A stretch of 64,000 bases of DNA from Candidatus Nomurabacteria bacterium (GCA_943357245.1 CALRGH010000001.1:13456-77455); one strand, 5' to 3'; counted from the stretch's first letter, positions 37,876 through 47,599 are shown. Made by a program: numbers and translations. Notes: generated from the letters alone by a model not told the origin.

Positions 37876-39630
37876 ATGACTCCCGAACAATTATCTCCAT
37901 TACGCCACACGCTCGCTCATTTACTCGCGGCCGCAGTCGGCAGTATCTATAAATTCGACAACATAAAGCTGACACTCGGTCCTGCGATCGACAACGGCTT
38001 TTATTATGACATCGACATGTGCGGACAAAAAATTGCCGACACCGACCTGCCAAAAATCGAGAAGAAAATGCGCGAACTGCTTCCGAAATGGACGGAATTC
38101 ACCCATGAGGAAATGAGCAAAGACGAAGCATTGGCATTCTTCAAAAATGAATACAAAGCCGAACTGATACACGAGATCGACGCACGGGGAGAAAAAATAA
38201 CGGTGTACACCTGCGGAGGTTTCAAGGATTTGTGTCGTGGCGGTCACGTAGAAAATCCTGCAGAGGAAATTGCGAACGCTGGATGGAAATTAGACCGCAT
38301 TGCAGGCGCGTACTGGCGCGGTAGTGAAGAAAACCCAATGCTCACGCGTATTTATGGGCTTGCCTTTGAATCGCAAGAAAAATTGGAAGAATACGCAAAC
38401 CAACAAGAAGAAGCAAAAAAGCGAGACCATCGCAAACTTGGTACCAACATGGAACTCTTTGCTTTTTCAGATCTTGTCGGCGCAGGTCTTCCCCTTTGGC
38501 TTCCAAACGGCACAGTGCTTGTGGAAGAATTAGAGAAACTCGCGAAAGAGTCTGAATTTCATGCTGGTTATGACCGCGTGCGCACACCGCACATAGCAAA
38601 AGAACAAATGTATATTACGAGTGGCCACTTACCTTACTATGCAGATTCTATGTACCCACCGATGGAATACGAAGGTGGCAAATATTATTTGAAGGCGATG
38701 AATTGCCCGCACCATCACCAAATCTTTGGCGCAACACCAAAATCATATAAAGACCTTCCCCTTCGTCTCGCTGAATACGGCACGTGTTATCGTCATGAAA
38801 AATCTGGCGAACTCTTTGGTCTGATGCGTGTACGTACCCTCCAAATGAACGATGCACATATTTATTGTACCGAAACACAATTTGCTGATGAATTTCGCGC
38901 GGTAAATGAATTGTATTTAAAATATTTTAAAATTTTCGGCATCGACAAATATATCATGCGTTTTTCAACACACGATCCAAAAAAGCGCGGAGAAAAATAT
39001 CTCAACGAACCAGAACTCTGGAAAAAGACAGAAGACATGGTACGCCAAGTACTTATTGATTCAAATATTCCGTATGTTGAAGTACAAGATGAAGCTGCAT
39101 TCTATGGACCAAAAATTGATGTGCAAGTCTGGAGTGCAATCGGTCGCGAATTTACACTTGCAACAAACCAAGTAGACTTCGGGGTACCTGCACGCTTCGG
39201 TCTTACCTATACTAATAAAGAAGGTAAACAAGAAACACCGCTCTGCATCCATCGCGCACCACTCGGTACGCATGAACGCTTCATTGGATTCTTGATTGAA
39301 CACTATGCAGGCGTATTTCCTACATGGCTTTCTCCATTTCAAGTTGCCATCGTTCCAGTCAAAGAATCTCATGATGCGAAAGCGAAAGAAATACAGCAGA
39401 TATTACGGGGTCATATGATTCGTGCAGAGCTCCACGTGGCTGGCGATAGTCTTGGTAAGCGAATCCATAAAGCAAAAGATATGCACACACCGTACATCAT
39501 CATCATTGGTGATACAGAAATCGAGAGTGGTAATCTCACTATCGAAAGACGAGACGGAACAAAACTAGAAAATATACCACTTGATACATTTCTTGCGGAT
39601 ATACAAAAAGAAATTTTTGATAGAAACTAG
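37876..39630 (+). CDS. thrS: threonyl-tRNA synthetase lacking the N-terminal TGS domain
   Basis: Editing-domain motif HTLAHLLAAAVGSIYKFDNIKLTLGPAIDNGFYYD. Class II core HRKLG...FRNE-type motifs. Anticodon-binding C-terminus. The start is set at the ATG at 37876 (MTPEQLSPLRH) because the upstream extension overlaps the convergent gene. Confidence 0.88.
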   Translation: MTPEQLSPLRHTLAHLLAAAVGSIYKFDNIKLTLGPAIDNGFYYDIDMCGQKIADTDLPKIEKKMRELLPKWTEFTHEEMSKDEALAFFKNEYKAELIHEIDARGEKITVYTCGGFKDLCRGGHVENPAEEIANAGWKLDRIAGAYWRGSEENPMLTRIYGLAFESQEKLEEYANQQEEAKKRDHRKLGTNMELFAFSDLVGAGLPLWLPNGTVLVEELEKLAKESEFHAGYDRVRTPHIAKEQMYITSGHLPYYADSMYPPMEYEGGKYYLKAMNCPHHHQIFGATPKSYKDLPLRLAEYGTCYRHEKSGELFGLMRVRTLQMNDAHIYCTETQFADEFRAVNELYLKYFKIFGIDKYIMRFSTHDPKKRGEKYLNEPELWKKTEDMVRQVLIDSNIPYVEVQDEAAFYGPKIDVQVWSAIGREFTLATNQVDFGVPARFGLTYTNKEGKQETPLCIHRAPLGTHERFIGFLIEHYAGVFPTWLSPFQVAIVPVKESHDAKAKEIQQILRGHMIRAELHVAGDSLGKRIHKAKDMHTPYIIIIGDTEIESGNLTIERRDGTKLENIPLDTFLADIQKEIFDRN

Positions 39631-39640
39631 TAAATAGAGC

Positions 39641-39698
39641 AAAAGCAACCGTAGTCAATTTTTCGCCATGGCGAAAAATTGACTACGGTTGCTTTTTT
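39641..39698. terminator. 25-27-bp-arm perfect palindrome centred on CCATGG followed by T6 (thrS terminator)
   Basis: AAAAGCAACCGTAGTCAATTTTTCGCC-AT-GGCGAAAAATTGACTACGGTTGCTTTT then TTTT. Confidence 0.8.
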
Positions 39699-39734
39699 AT
39701 TTAACCGTGGTACTATACTAATAAACGAAAAACC

Positions 39735-40430
39735 ATGATTTTACAATTTAATACTGACATTCCCTGCCCTACTTGTACCACAGAAACACTTGTTGAAAAT
39801 ATCGAATTTGAAGATAGAACTGACAAGTGGCGTTCATGGGGATACCTTTGTACAAGCTGTCACAAAAAATACAAACTCACGCAATTCAAAGAATCCCACG
39901 AAAAATTCAGACAAAAGATGACCGCTTTCTTGGAAAAAAATTACTTCATTGTTCTTGTGCGAGATCTTAATTTCAATGAAGTATGCCATCACGGAAGTAT
40001 TACCTCGTCAGATGTATCTTTGTTTAGAAAAGGAACAATATTTGCGCGAAGTTATTATGATGACAACGCAATGAGAGTAACTGACCCAGAAGTTGCAATA
40101 AAAAGTTTCGCGCATGGTCCGAAATATATCTTGCGCGGAAAGAACAAAAAATCTGTTCCTAAAATAAATCCGGCATTTTCTTTTCCTCGTGGATTTTCTA
40201 TGCAACAAATCAAGCATTACCCATTGCGTCGCCAAGGGAAAAAAGGGTCGGAATCATTCCATGTTCACCAATTACGACAAAAAGAATCTCTTGCTATAAC
40301 CTTGTATCCTTTTGATCACAAGAAGATATCACCTGACCAACTTACTCGTTACTACATTCCGCTTTATTTAGGGAAAGTAATAGGAAGAAAAAAACCAGCA
40401 TCCAACAAAAAACCTCTCACAAATACGTGA
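39735..40430 (+). CDS. hypothetical protein with N-terminal zinc-ribbon (CPTC...CTSC), basic C-terminus
   Basis: Two CxxC pairs in the first 45 residues. Terminator directly downstream. Confidence 0.5.
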   Translation: MILQFNTDIPCPTCTTETLVENIEFEDRTDKWRSWGYLCTSCHKKYKLTQFKESHEKFRQKMTAFLEKNYFIVLVRDLNFNEVCHHGSITSSDVSLFRKGTIFARSYYDDNAMRVTDPEVAIKSFAHGPKYILRGKNKKSVPKINPAFSFPRGFSMQQIKHYPLRRQGKKGSESFHVHQLRQKESLAITLYPFDHKKISPDQLTRYYIPLYLGKVIGRKKPASNKKPLTNT

Positions 40431-40440
40431 GAGGTTTTTT
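40413..40440. terminator. bidirectional terminator CCTCTCAC-AAATAC-GTGAGAGG flanked by A6 and T6
   Basis: Read directly. Confidence 0.75.
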
Positions 40441-40619
40441 TATAAAGAAATTTTATTTTTCCAATAGTCATTATTTTCACTATAGTATTTTTGAATATCC
40501 TGAAGATGTCTATTATAAAATTCTTTTTCAAATACATCTATTGCCATTCCTGAAACACTTTTCTCATCCAATACCCACATCTGTTTTAATATTTTATTTA
40601 ATTCCTGATCTTGTGCCAT
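40440..40619 (-). CDS. unannotated small ORF (59 aa, below the ORF-track cutoff), hypothetical
   Basis: MAQDQELNKILKQMWVLDEKSVSGMAIDVFEKEFYNRHLQDIQKYYSENNDYWKNKISL. AGAGGA Shine-Dalgarno sequence 9 nt upstream of the ATG at 40619. The stop abuts the bidirectional terminator. Confidence 0.4.
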   Translation of the reverse strand: MAQDQELNKILKQMWVLDEKSVSGMAIDVFEKEFYNRHLQDIQKYYSENNDYWKNKISL

Positions 40620-40633
40620 GTTTTTTGTATCCT

Positions 40634-40700
40634 CTATTTACTATTTACTACTCCGACCTATGTCGGAGTCCGACGAAGGTCGGACTAACTATTTACTAAT
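40634..40700. repeat. inverted copy of the double-hairpin element seen at 15123-15185, abutting the gyrB stop codon
   Basis: TACTCCGACCTATGTCGGAGTCCGACGAAGGTCGGACTAACTATTTAC at 40649-40696 is the exact reverse complement of 15123-15170. Confidence 0.85.
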
Positions 40701-42743
40701 TTATATATCAATCTCCGCTAACTTTGCATGTGTTTGGATAAATGATTTGCGAGGCGCAACATCCGAACCCATCAACATGTCAAACACTTTATTTGCTTCT
40801 TCGGCATCATCGACATTCACTTGTTTCAAAATACGTCGAGCAGGATCCATTGTTGTTTCCCATAATTCTTCTGCGTTCATTTCTCCGAGACCTTTATAGC
40901 GTTGGAGGTGGAATTTACTTGCCTTCACCTCTTTCTTTGCATCTGTTTCTTCATCAGTTACCACATCATCTCCACCCTCACTTTCGTCTGTCTCTTCGAT
41001 TTCTGCATTGTCGCCAGTAATCGCCATTTTTTCTTCATCAGTATACGCATACCACAGTTCTTTACCTCGCTTTATTTTATAAAGTGGTGGTTGCGCAATA
41101 TAAATATGTCCGGCATCAATGAGTGGTTTGAAGTGACGGTACAAGAGCGTCAAAATAAGCGTACGGATGTGTGCGCCGTCCACGTCGGCATCGGTTGCGA
41201 TAATGATTTTGTGATAACGCAATTTTGAAATATCAAACGTATCACCGATTGCGGTTCCCATCGCAATAACCAAGTTTTTAATTTGTTCAGAGGCGAGCAT
41301 TTTATCAAGACGCGCACGTTCGATATTTAGGATTTTGCCACGCAGTGGCAAAATCGCCTGCGTGCGACGATCGCGTCCCATTTTTGCCGTACCTCCAGCG
41401 GAATCTCCTTCCACAATAAAAATTTCAGATTCTTCTGCACTCTTTGAACCACAGTCTGCAAGCTTGCCCGGAAGCGTCATACCTTCAAGCGCACCTTTGC
41501 GGAGCACGGAATCCTTTGCTGCTTTTGCTGCTTTACGCGCGCGAACCGCCAAGATCACTTTGTTAATAATCATCTTTGCTTCGTCTGGATGCTCTTCGAG
41601 AAATGCTTCAAATGCTTCCCCGAAGACCGTTGTGGTTGCGCCTTGTGCTTCAGGAGAACCCAATTTCCCTTTTGTCTGTCCTTCAAATTGAATTTCACGA
41701 AGTTTTACCGAGACGACTGCGGTCAATCCTTCAAGGACATCATCGCCCGTAAATGCGCCATCAGATTCTTTGATGAAATTATTTTTTTTGCCGTAGGTAT
41801 TCAAAAGACGCGTAAGTGCTGTTTTAAAACCAATCACATGAGTACCTCCTTCTTGCGTATAAATATTGTTCGCAAATGGCAAGATGCGACAAGAAATGTC
41901 ATCGATATATTGGAGCGCAATTTCAACGCCAACATCATTCAATTCTTTGTCCACATAAAAAATAGTATCCTGTACTGTTTTTTGGTGCAGGTTTTGGTGG
42001 CGAATAAGCGATACCAATCCTCCTTCGAAATAAAAACTGTGCGATGGCGCTTCAATGCCTTGGTCTTTCAAATACACTTCATCATCAAGATTTATTTTAC
42101 CTTCGTAATTACGTGCATCGATAACCGTGATTAATAATCCTTTGACTAAATATGCTTGCTGACGCATGCGACTGACAATAATATTCCATTCAAATTCTGT
42201 TGTTGTTTTAAAAATTTCTTTATCAGGCTGGAAGGTCACAATGGTGCCGTGCAATTTCGAAGAACCGACTTTTTTGACGGCTGCTTTTTTCTTACCACAC
42301 GCATATTCTTGCATGTGCTTGCCACCATCACGATGCACTTCTACTTTTGTGTATGTGGAAAGTGCATTCACTACCGACGCACCAACGCCGTGCAAACCGC
42401 CAGAAACTTTGTAGCCGTCACCACCAAATTTACCACCGGCGTGGAGCGTCGTCATGACTGTTTCAAGTGCGGATACTTTTGTTTTGGAATGAATGTCCAC
42501 TGGAATACCGCGACCATTATCCGCAACGCGCACATGATTGTTTGGTAGGAGTGCAATCTCAACACGGTTTGCAAATCCGCCCATCGCTTCATCGCGAGAG
42601 TTATCAAAAATTTCCCATATCAAATGATGCAAGCCTTCAGAGCCTGTTCCTCCAATATACATACCGGGACGTTTTCGTACCGGTTCGAGTCCTTCAAGGA
42701 CTGAAATATCTTCTGCGGAATATGATCCTTTCTTATCTACCAT
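40701..42743 (-). CDS. gyrB: DNA gyrase subunit B (type IIA topoisomerase ATPase subunit)
   Basis: GHKL ATPase motifs EGLHHLIWEIFDNSRDEAMGG and GLHGVGASVVNALS. Toprim EGDSAGG. C-terminal tail. 680 aa. ParE cannot be excluded, but gyrB is more likely. Confidence 0.85.
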   Translation of the reverse strand: MVDKKGSYSAEDISVLEGLEPVRKRPGMYIGGTGSEGLHHLIWEIFDNSRDEAMGGFANRVEIALLPNNHVRVADNGRGIPVDIHSKTKVSALETVMTTLHAGGKFGGDGYKVSGGLHGVGASVVNALSTYTKVEVHRDGGKHMQEYACGKKKAAVKKVGSSKLHGTIVTFQPDKEIFKTTTEFEWNIIVSRMRQQAYLVKGLLITVIDARNYEGKINLDDEVYLKDQGIEAPSHSFYFEGGLVSLIRHQNLHQKTVQDTIFYVDKELNDVGVEIALQYIDDISCRILPFANNIYTQEGGTHVIGFKTALTRLLNTYGKKNNFIKESDGAFTGDDVLEGLTAVVSVKLREIQFEGQTKGKLGSPEAQGATTTVFGEAFEAFLEEHPDEAKMIINKVILAVRARKAAKAAKDSVLRKGALEGMTLPGKLADCGSKSAEESEIFIVEGDSAGGTAKMGRDRRTQAILPLRGKILNIERARLDKMLASEQIKNLVIAMGTAIGDTFDISKLRYHKIIIATDADVDGAHIRTLILTLLYRHFKPLIDAGHIYIAQPPLYKIKRGKELWYAYTDEEKMAITGDNAEIEETDESEGGDDVVTDEETDAKKEVKASKFHLQRYKGLGEMNAEELWETTMDPARRILKQVNVDDAEEANKVFDMLMGSDVAPRKSFIQTHAKLAEIDI

Positions 42744-42840
42744 AAATATTTTTTATACCTCTATTTTAGCATATTTTGATGTAAAAACCTAGCATTTTTT
42801 ACACAAAAAAAGCCTTATTTATAAGGCTTTTTTTGTGTAA

Positions 42841-45800
42841 TTAAGGTGTATCTGATGGTGGAGTATCAGTTGGAGGAGTTTGCTCTGCTGGAGGTGTCTC
42901 GCTTGGTGGATTCTCATCAGTTGGAGGGATATCGCTCGATGGGGTGTCTTGTGGAGGAGTGCCGGTTGGAGGAGTTTCTGATGGAGGCACTTCTTCGGTT
43001 GGCGGTGTCTCTCCTCCTCCAGATGGCGGAAGTGTCTGTCCTGCGTTTTCAATAAGCGCACGAAGTTGGTCTTTATTGATACACACATCTTCAACACACA
43101 ATTCTTTTGTCGTAATTTTATCGGAGAAAATATTTACCAGTCCATTCGTTGTAGATGCGAGCCATGCGCGAAGTGCACCAACCAGAGAATTATCTTCATT
43201 CGTAAGGTCTGCAATATTTGTAATCTTTATATCAAGTTGTTTTACTGCTGCCATCAAAATACCATTCACCGACACTTGATCAATCACATTGCCCCACATG
43301 AACGCCGGATTAACTTCGTCAGCGATATAGCCGATGCGTACTTTTGCAAGCGGAGAATCAGTGCCGTATCCTTCCACTTCATTTCGGTATCGGAATGTAT
43401 GTAATGGTGCATCCAAAATTAACTGCAACGCATTTGTATAATCAGTATAGTCTTCGATATTTTGTTTTGTATCACGAGTAGATGTTTGTGTACCGATAAC
43501 GGTACCTGCCGTATCATTTGCATTTGTTGGTGCTGCAGTATGGATGCGCATATTGCCCGAGTTGTCTTGCCACACGTATCCTGCGGTACCAGATTTTTTC
43601 TGGAAGTTGATCGACCCTGCACCAGTGTTTGTCGCATTTGTATTTCTACCAAGGGTAATATAATTTCCAGCTGCACCATCTCCTAGATCACGATTAGCAC
43701 CATTTAAATGTCCCTCTGCGGTAACACGCCATTTTTCAGTAAGTGTCTGGAGTGTTGTTCCTGATGCCCCTGCATCAGATGTTAGAAATGCAATAGCTCC
43801 TCCGACAGCATTCCCTGTTGCCTTACCACTAGCAAGATTAAGACCTGCGCCGTATTGGTTTGTTCCTGATCCACCACTTGCATTAATAATTATACCTTGA
43901 GGACTCGCCGATGTCACTCCGTTACCAAAGTATGCATCAATTGCAGTTCCACTTCCTGTACTTACCACCCATTGATCGTTCGCAGTTGCAACCGCAGTAG
44001 TACCACTACCAATAACAATCGATCGAGTAATACTATTAGAAGAAACATCTGCGCGGTCACCAATAAGAATATTATTACCACCCGTGGTAATAGTTGCACC
44101 TGCACTGTATCCAAGAAACGTATTTCCTGTAGCAGTTGTGTTCGCAACACCAGCTCCTTTACCAAAAAATGAGTTTGTTCCCCCTGTACTTACAAGTCCT
44201 GCATTCATACCAACAAATGTATTATCACCTGCTGTTGTGTTCGCATCTCCAGCAAGATAGCCGATAAAGGTATTATTGTTTCCTTCTGTGTTCAACCGAC
44301 CAGCACTTTTGCCGAAAAATGCATTGCCAGTACCAGTACTGTTTGTTTTACCCGCAATATCCCCAACAAATGTATTGCCGTCTGCGGTTGTATTTCCCAT
44401 CCCCGCACCCCCCCCAATAAATACATTACTATCTCCTGTTGTATTAACAGAACCCGCTGTGCTTCCTATAAATATATTTTCCGTACCTGTTGTATTAACC
44501 TCTCCAGCTCTATATCCAATAGCAGTATTATATGATGCAGTGGTAATAGCAGCTCCTGCTGATTTCCCAAGCAGTATATTACTTACACCCGTAGTGATTG
44601 AGTCACCAGTATTATCTCCAAATAAAATATTATCAACACCACCACCTGCGCCATTAAGCGCTGCACCTGCGCCAATAGTCCCTGTAAACACGTTATTATA
44701 AGCGTCTGCAGTCACATCTCCACTACCACTTACACCAACAGCCCCCCAGCTAACACCACTATATACTTGAAATTCACCATCATCTGTATTATAAATAAGC
44801 TCTCCTGCTACTGGAGTTACAATATCGTCACGTCTTGTCGTATTCATACGTGGCAGAAGCACTCCGGAAGTCGATGAAGTAATATCAAGCACTGCTTCTG
44901 GGGATGCTATACCGATGCCGAGTGACTCTGCTCCATCATCCCAAAAAAAGTTACCGTTTTTCGCGATTGTCGTTCCATTAGAAAAGAGTACAGAACCTGT
45001 GTCAAGGGATGGTAACGTTAATTTTCCATTGAATGTATTCCAATCAGTGGACGTGAGAAATCCTTTTGCACCAGTTGCCGCCGCTTGGCCGTTTGTATAA
45101 TCAATAGCAATAAGACCACTTGTTGCATTAAAGTCAGCAGCGGTAAAAGTTGCCGCACCTTTTGTGGAGCCGTCAGCTGCGGCATTCGTAATTGAAATAG
45201 TACCCGAACTATTAGAAAGTGGCGAAGAGAATGTAAGCGAACTCTGCTTACTGTTAAACGTCGTCCAATCGGTTGCTGAAAGATAGCCGGAGACACTTCC
45301 TGTTGCTTGTGAAATTGTCATGATGCCAGTCGAGTTGCTATATGAAAGTGGTATGCTACCTGCGACACTAATAGCACTTCGTGCACGAGCATCAGTGAAA
45401 TACTGATTCGAACCTTCGGTAATATTCGATGTGGTGAGTGTCACCGAACCAGTTGAACCATTGACACTCGTAACGGATGCACCGTTTAGAATTTCCACCC
45501 AATTGGCAAGAACTGTCGCATCGGTGTCTGCAAGTACGTATGTTTTGCTTTGATCAGTACGAATAGCAAGGTCGCCTTGAGTTGCAGAAAGTGCGAGCAT
45601 GGCGACTTGTGATGCGACAACGTACGTATCTGAAAATGAAAGCGACGCAAGTTGAGATGTCGGCACTTTGCCGTTGCCATCAAGTGTCGCAATCCCATCC
45701 GCAACACCTTTCTGTAAACTAATTCGCGCATCGGCACGACTATTTGTATAGTAGAGATTCGTACCTTCATCAATTTCAGTCGTTGAGAGATTAATCGCGC

Positions 45801-47124
45801 CAACTTCGCCGTTAACGGAAAGCACCGAATCTGTAGGGGTAAGTATTTGGACCCAGTTGGAGACGTTTGAATAATCAACAGCTGAGAGTACATAGGTTGT
45901 GTTCGTGTCAGTACGAATTGCAAGATCCCCAATACCAGCGCTTGAAAGCGCAAGCATCGCGGCTTGTGATGCAACGACGAAGATATCACTAATTGCAAGT
46001 GATGAAAGTTGCGACATTGGCACTTTACCGCTCGAATCAAGTGTTGCAACACCACTTACCGCGCCCATGTAGGAAGTCGGTACAAAATCAAGCGTCTGCC
46101 ACGAAAGCGTACCTGATCCGTTGTTTTTTAAATACGATGATGACGCGCCTTGTGATGACGGAAACGAGTACACGACATTATTTAATTTCACAATATTTCC
46201 ACTTGAATCTACTTGAAATTTATCCCCAGAACCAACTGTGAAAAGCGATGCAGGTGACGTATCTCCAACACCAACATATCCTGTCGAAGAAATGCGCATT
46301 CGTTCATTTGCATTTGCATCACCACCAGTGAAAAACTTGAGTGATTCTGTTGCTCCGGCAGTTCCTATTACCAAATCAGAATCACTTGTATATAAATATG
46401 CAGTGTGTGGACCTCCATAAATAAGCGATAAATCATTGTACCCAGAACTATTGATACCAAGATCAACGTAATATGAATCATCATCACCATCATCAGCGGT
46501 TGCAACGAAATCAGACGATGCACTGTCGCCGTCATTCAAGTTTTGAATGTTTACTTGCAAATAACTATCCGTGTTGCCAGAAAAATTTCCCACCACGTTT
46601 GGAAAAATCGTACCGCCGCCGGCTGCGAATGATCGCGCTGCAGTGACATTGCCTTCACTATCAATATTGAGCTTGCTTGCGCCGTCAACTTGAAAATCGG
46701 CGAGGTAATGCGTGCCGGAACCTGTCGCACCTTCGGTGACATTAACGAGTAAACCAATGTACGCAGCGGTGCCAGATTGTGAGACTGTCGGATGAATATA
46801 GTGACCGTACGCAGAACCGGAACTTCCGGATACCGTAGACGTAAACGTTTTTATTCCTGCAAAACTTTGTGCAGATGTATTAACAAGACCTGTGTCTGTA
46901 ATTGACGCATCAGGAATTTCAACAAAACATTCTGCGTCTCCGGGCGCACATGTTGGATCTAATGTTTCATTTTGAAGATAGGGAGATGTAGGCGGTGTTG
47001 CAAAAGCAACAATTCCTCCAGAAAACGCAACAAGAAAAAGCACCGATAAAATTAGTGTTCGATTTGTCCCTTGTTTTATTTTTTTGAGAACAGATTCTTT
47101 AATTGTGCGAATGAGTCTACGCAC
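42841..47124 (-). CDS. giant secreted tail-fibre-like surface protein (1427 aa): signal anchor, duplicated phage-tail-fibre repeats, NxTxG repeat array, peptidase-S74 intramolecular chaperone domain, Pro/Thr-rich C-terminal tail
   Basis: N-terminal anchor TLILSVLFLVAFSGGIVAFA. Two roughly 95-aa internal copies (ATLDSSGKVPMSQLSSLAISDIFVVASQAAMLALS...NWVQI and ATLDGNGKVPTSQLASLSFSDTYVVASQVAMLALS...NWVEI). More than 12 tandem units of the NTTGxxNxFxGxxAG type. C-terminal STRDTKQNIEDY...HTFRYRNE...IGYIADEV matches the S74 chaperone motifs (SDxRLKxNI, GFIAQEV). The final 60 aa are PPT/PPS repeats. Confidence 0.8.
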   Translation of the reverse strand: MRRLIRTIKESVLKKIKQGTNRTLILSVLFLVAFSGGIVAFATPPTSPYLQNETLDPTCAPGDAECFVEIPDASITDTGLVNTSAQSFAGIKTFTSTVSGSSGSAYGHYIHPTVSQSGTAAYIGLLVNVTEGATGSGTHYLADFQVDGASKLNIDSEGNVTAARSFAAGGGTIFPNVVGNFSGNTDSYLQVNIQNLNDGDSASSDFVATADDGDDDSYYVDLGINSSGYNDLSLIYGGPHTAYLYTSDSDLVIGTAGATESLKFFTGGDANANERMRISSTGYVGVGDTSPASLFTVGSGDKFQVDSSGNIVKLNNVVYSFPSSQGASSSYLKNNGSGTLSWQTLDFVPTSYMGAVSGVATLDSSGKVPMSQLSSLAISDIFVVASQAAMLALSSAGIGDLAIRTDTNTTYVLSAVDYSNVSNWVQILTPTDSVLSVNGEVGAINLSTTEIDEGTNLYYTNSRADARISLQKGVADGIATLDGNGKVPTSQLASLSFSDTYVVASQVAMLALSATQGDLAIRTDQSKTYVLADTDATVLANWVEILNGASVTSVNGSTGSVTLTTSNITEGSNQYFTDARARSAISVAGSIPLSYSNSTGIMTISQATGSVSGYLSATDWTTFNSKQSSLTFSSPLSNSSGTISITNAAADGSTKGAATFTAADFNATSGLIAIDYTNGQAAATGAKGFLTSTDWNTFNGKLTLPSLDTGSVLFSNGTTIAKNGNFFWDDGAESLGIGIASPEAVLDITSSTSGVLLPRMNTTRRDDIVTPVAGELIYNTDDGEFQVYSGVSWGAVGVSGSGDVTADAYNNVFTGTIGAGAALNGAGGGVDNILFGDNTGDSITTGVSNILLGKSAGAAITTASYNTAIGYRAGEVNTTGTENIFIGSTAGSVNTTGDSNVFIGGGAGMGNTTADGNTFVGDIAGKTNSTGTGNAFFGKSAGRLNTEGNNNTFIGYLAGDANTTAGDNTFVGMNAGLVSTGGTNSFFGKGAGVANTTATGNTFLGYSAGATITTGGNNILIGDRADVSSNSITRSIVIGSGTTAVATANDQWVVSTGSGTAIDAYFGNGVTSASPQGIIINASGGSGTNQYGAGLNLASGKATGNAVGGAIAFLTSDAGASGTTLQTLTEKWRVTAEGHLNGANRDLGDGAAGNYITLGRNTNATNTGAGSINFQKKSGTAGYVWQDNSGNMRIHTAAPTNANDTAGTVIGTQTSTRDTKQNIEDYTDYTNALQLILDAPLHTFRYRNEVEGYGTDSPLAKVRIGYIADEVNPAFMWGNVIDQVSVNGILMAAVKQLDIKITNIADLTNEDNSLVGALRAWLASTTNGLVNIFSDKITTKELCVEDVCINKDQLRALIENAGQTLPPSGGGETPPTEEVPPSETPPTGTPPQDTPSSDIPPTDENPPSETPPAEQTPPTDTPPSDTP

Positions 47125-47195
47125 TTAAAAAGTATACCACTTTTTAAGTGCTAAAAAGGTATAAAGATGTTGATAACGTTGGCAAGGATAGTTAT

Positions 47196-47226
47196 CAAGT
47201 TTATAAAGTTATAAGGTTATAAAGTT
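47196..47226. repeat. left inverted repeat (CAAGTTTATAAAGTTATAAGGTTATAAAGTT) of the four-helix-bundle gene cassette
   Basis: Its partner at 47564-47593 reads CAAGTTATAAAGTTTGTAAAGTTATAAAGG in reverse complement. Confidence 0.7.
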
Positions 47227-47561
47227 TTAATAAATCCTGAGATTATCCTAGATATTTCAGTTGAAAGAATTTCAAGTTTAGCAGCTTGGTCTTTTCGAAA
47301 ATATCGCAACTCAACACCGAGAATAAGCATTGAACGGACTTCCCCACATGACCCCTTTGCAATATATAAAAAATTCTTAAATTCTTTATTTGTTTGACGT
47401 TCAAATCCTTCCGCAATATTGTTCATAATAGAAACAGATGCTCGTTCAATCTGATTTTTAAAAGAGAAATCTTTGCAAACTGAAACATCCTTATAAATCT
47501 GTAACGTTAATTCTTTTGCTTTTTGCCATGCAATAATCTCTTCAAACCTCGTAATTTTCAT
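47217..47561 (-). CDS. four-helix-bundle protein of the 23S-rRNA-intervening-sequence / DGR-Avd-like family
   Basis: 114 aa: EEIIAWQKAKELTLQIYK...NQIERASVSIMNNIAEGFERQTNKEFKNFLYIAKGSCGEVRSMLILG is the characteristic pattern of this family. Confidence 0.8.
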   Translation of the reverse strand: MKITRFEEIIAWQKAKELTLQIYKDVSVCKDFSFKNQIERASVSIMNNIAEGFERQTNKEFKNFLYIAKGSCGEVRSMLILGVELRYFRKDQAAKLEILSTEISRIISGFIKTL

Positions 47562-47563
47562 GT

Positions 47564-47593
47564 CCTTTATAACTTTACAAACTTTATAACTTG
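47564..47593. repeat. right inverted repeat of the four-helix-bundle gene cassette
   Basis: See the entry for 47196-47226. Confidence 0.7.
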
Positions 47594-47599
47594 ATGAAC

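Noticed and set aside
42841-47561. Complete diversity-generating retroelement (target gene, avd, TR, RT)
   Set aside because: An Avd-like gene sits next to a tail-fibre-like gene, but no reverse-transcriptase ORF is present in the window, and I could not identify a template/variable repeat pair by eye. This is reported only as a possibility needing a genome-wide search.
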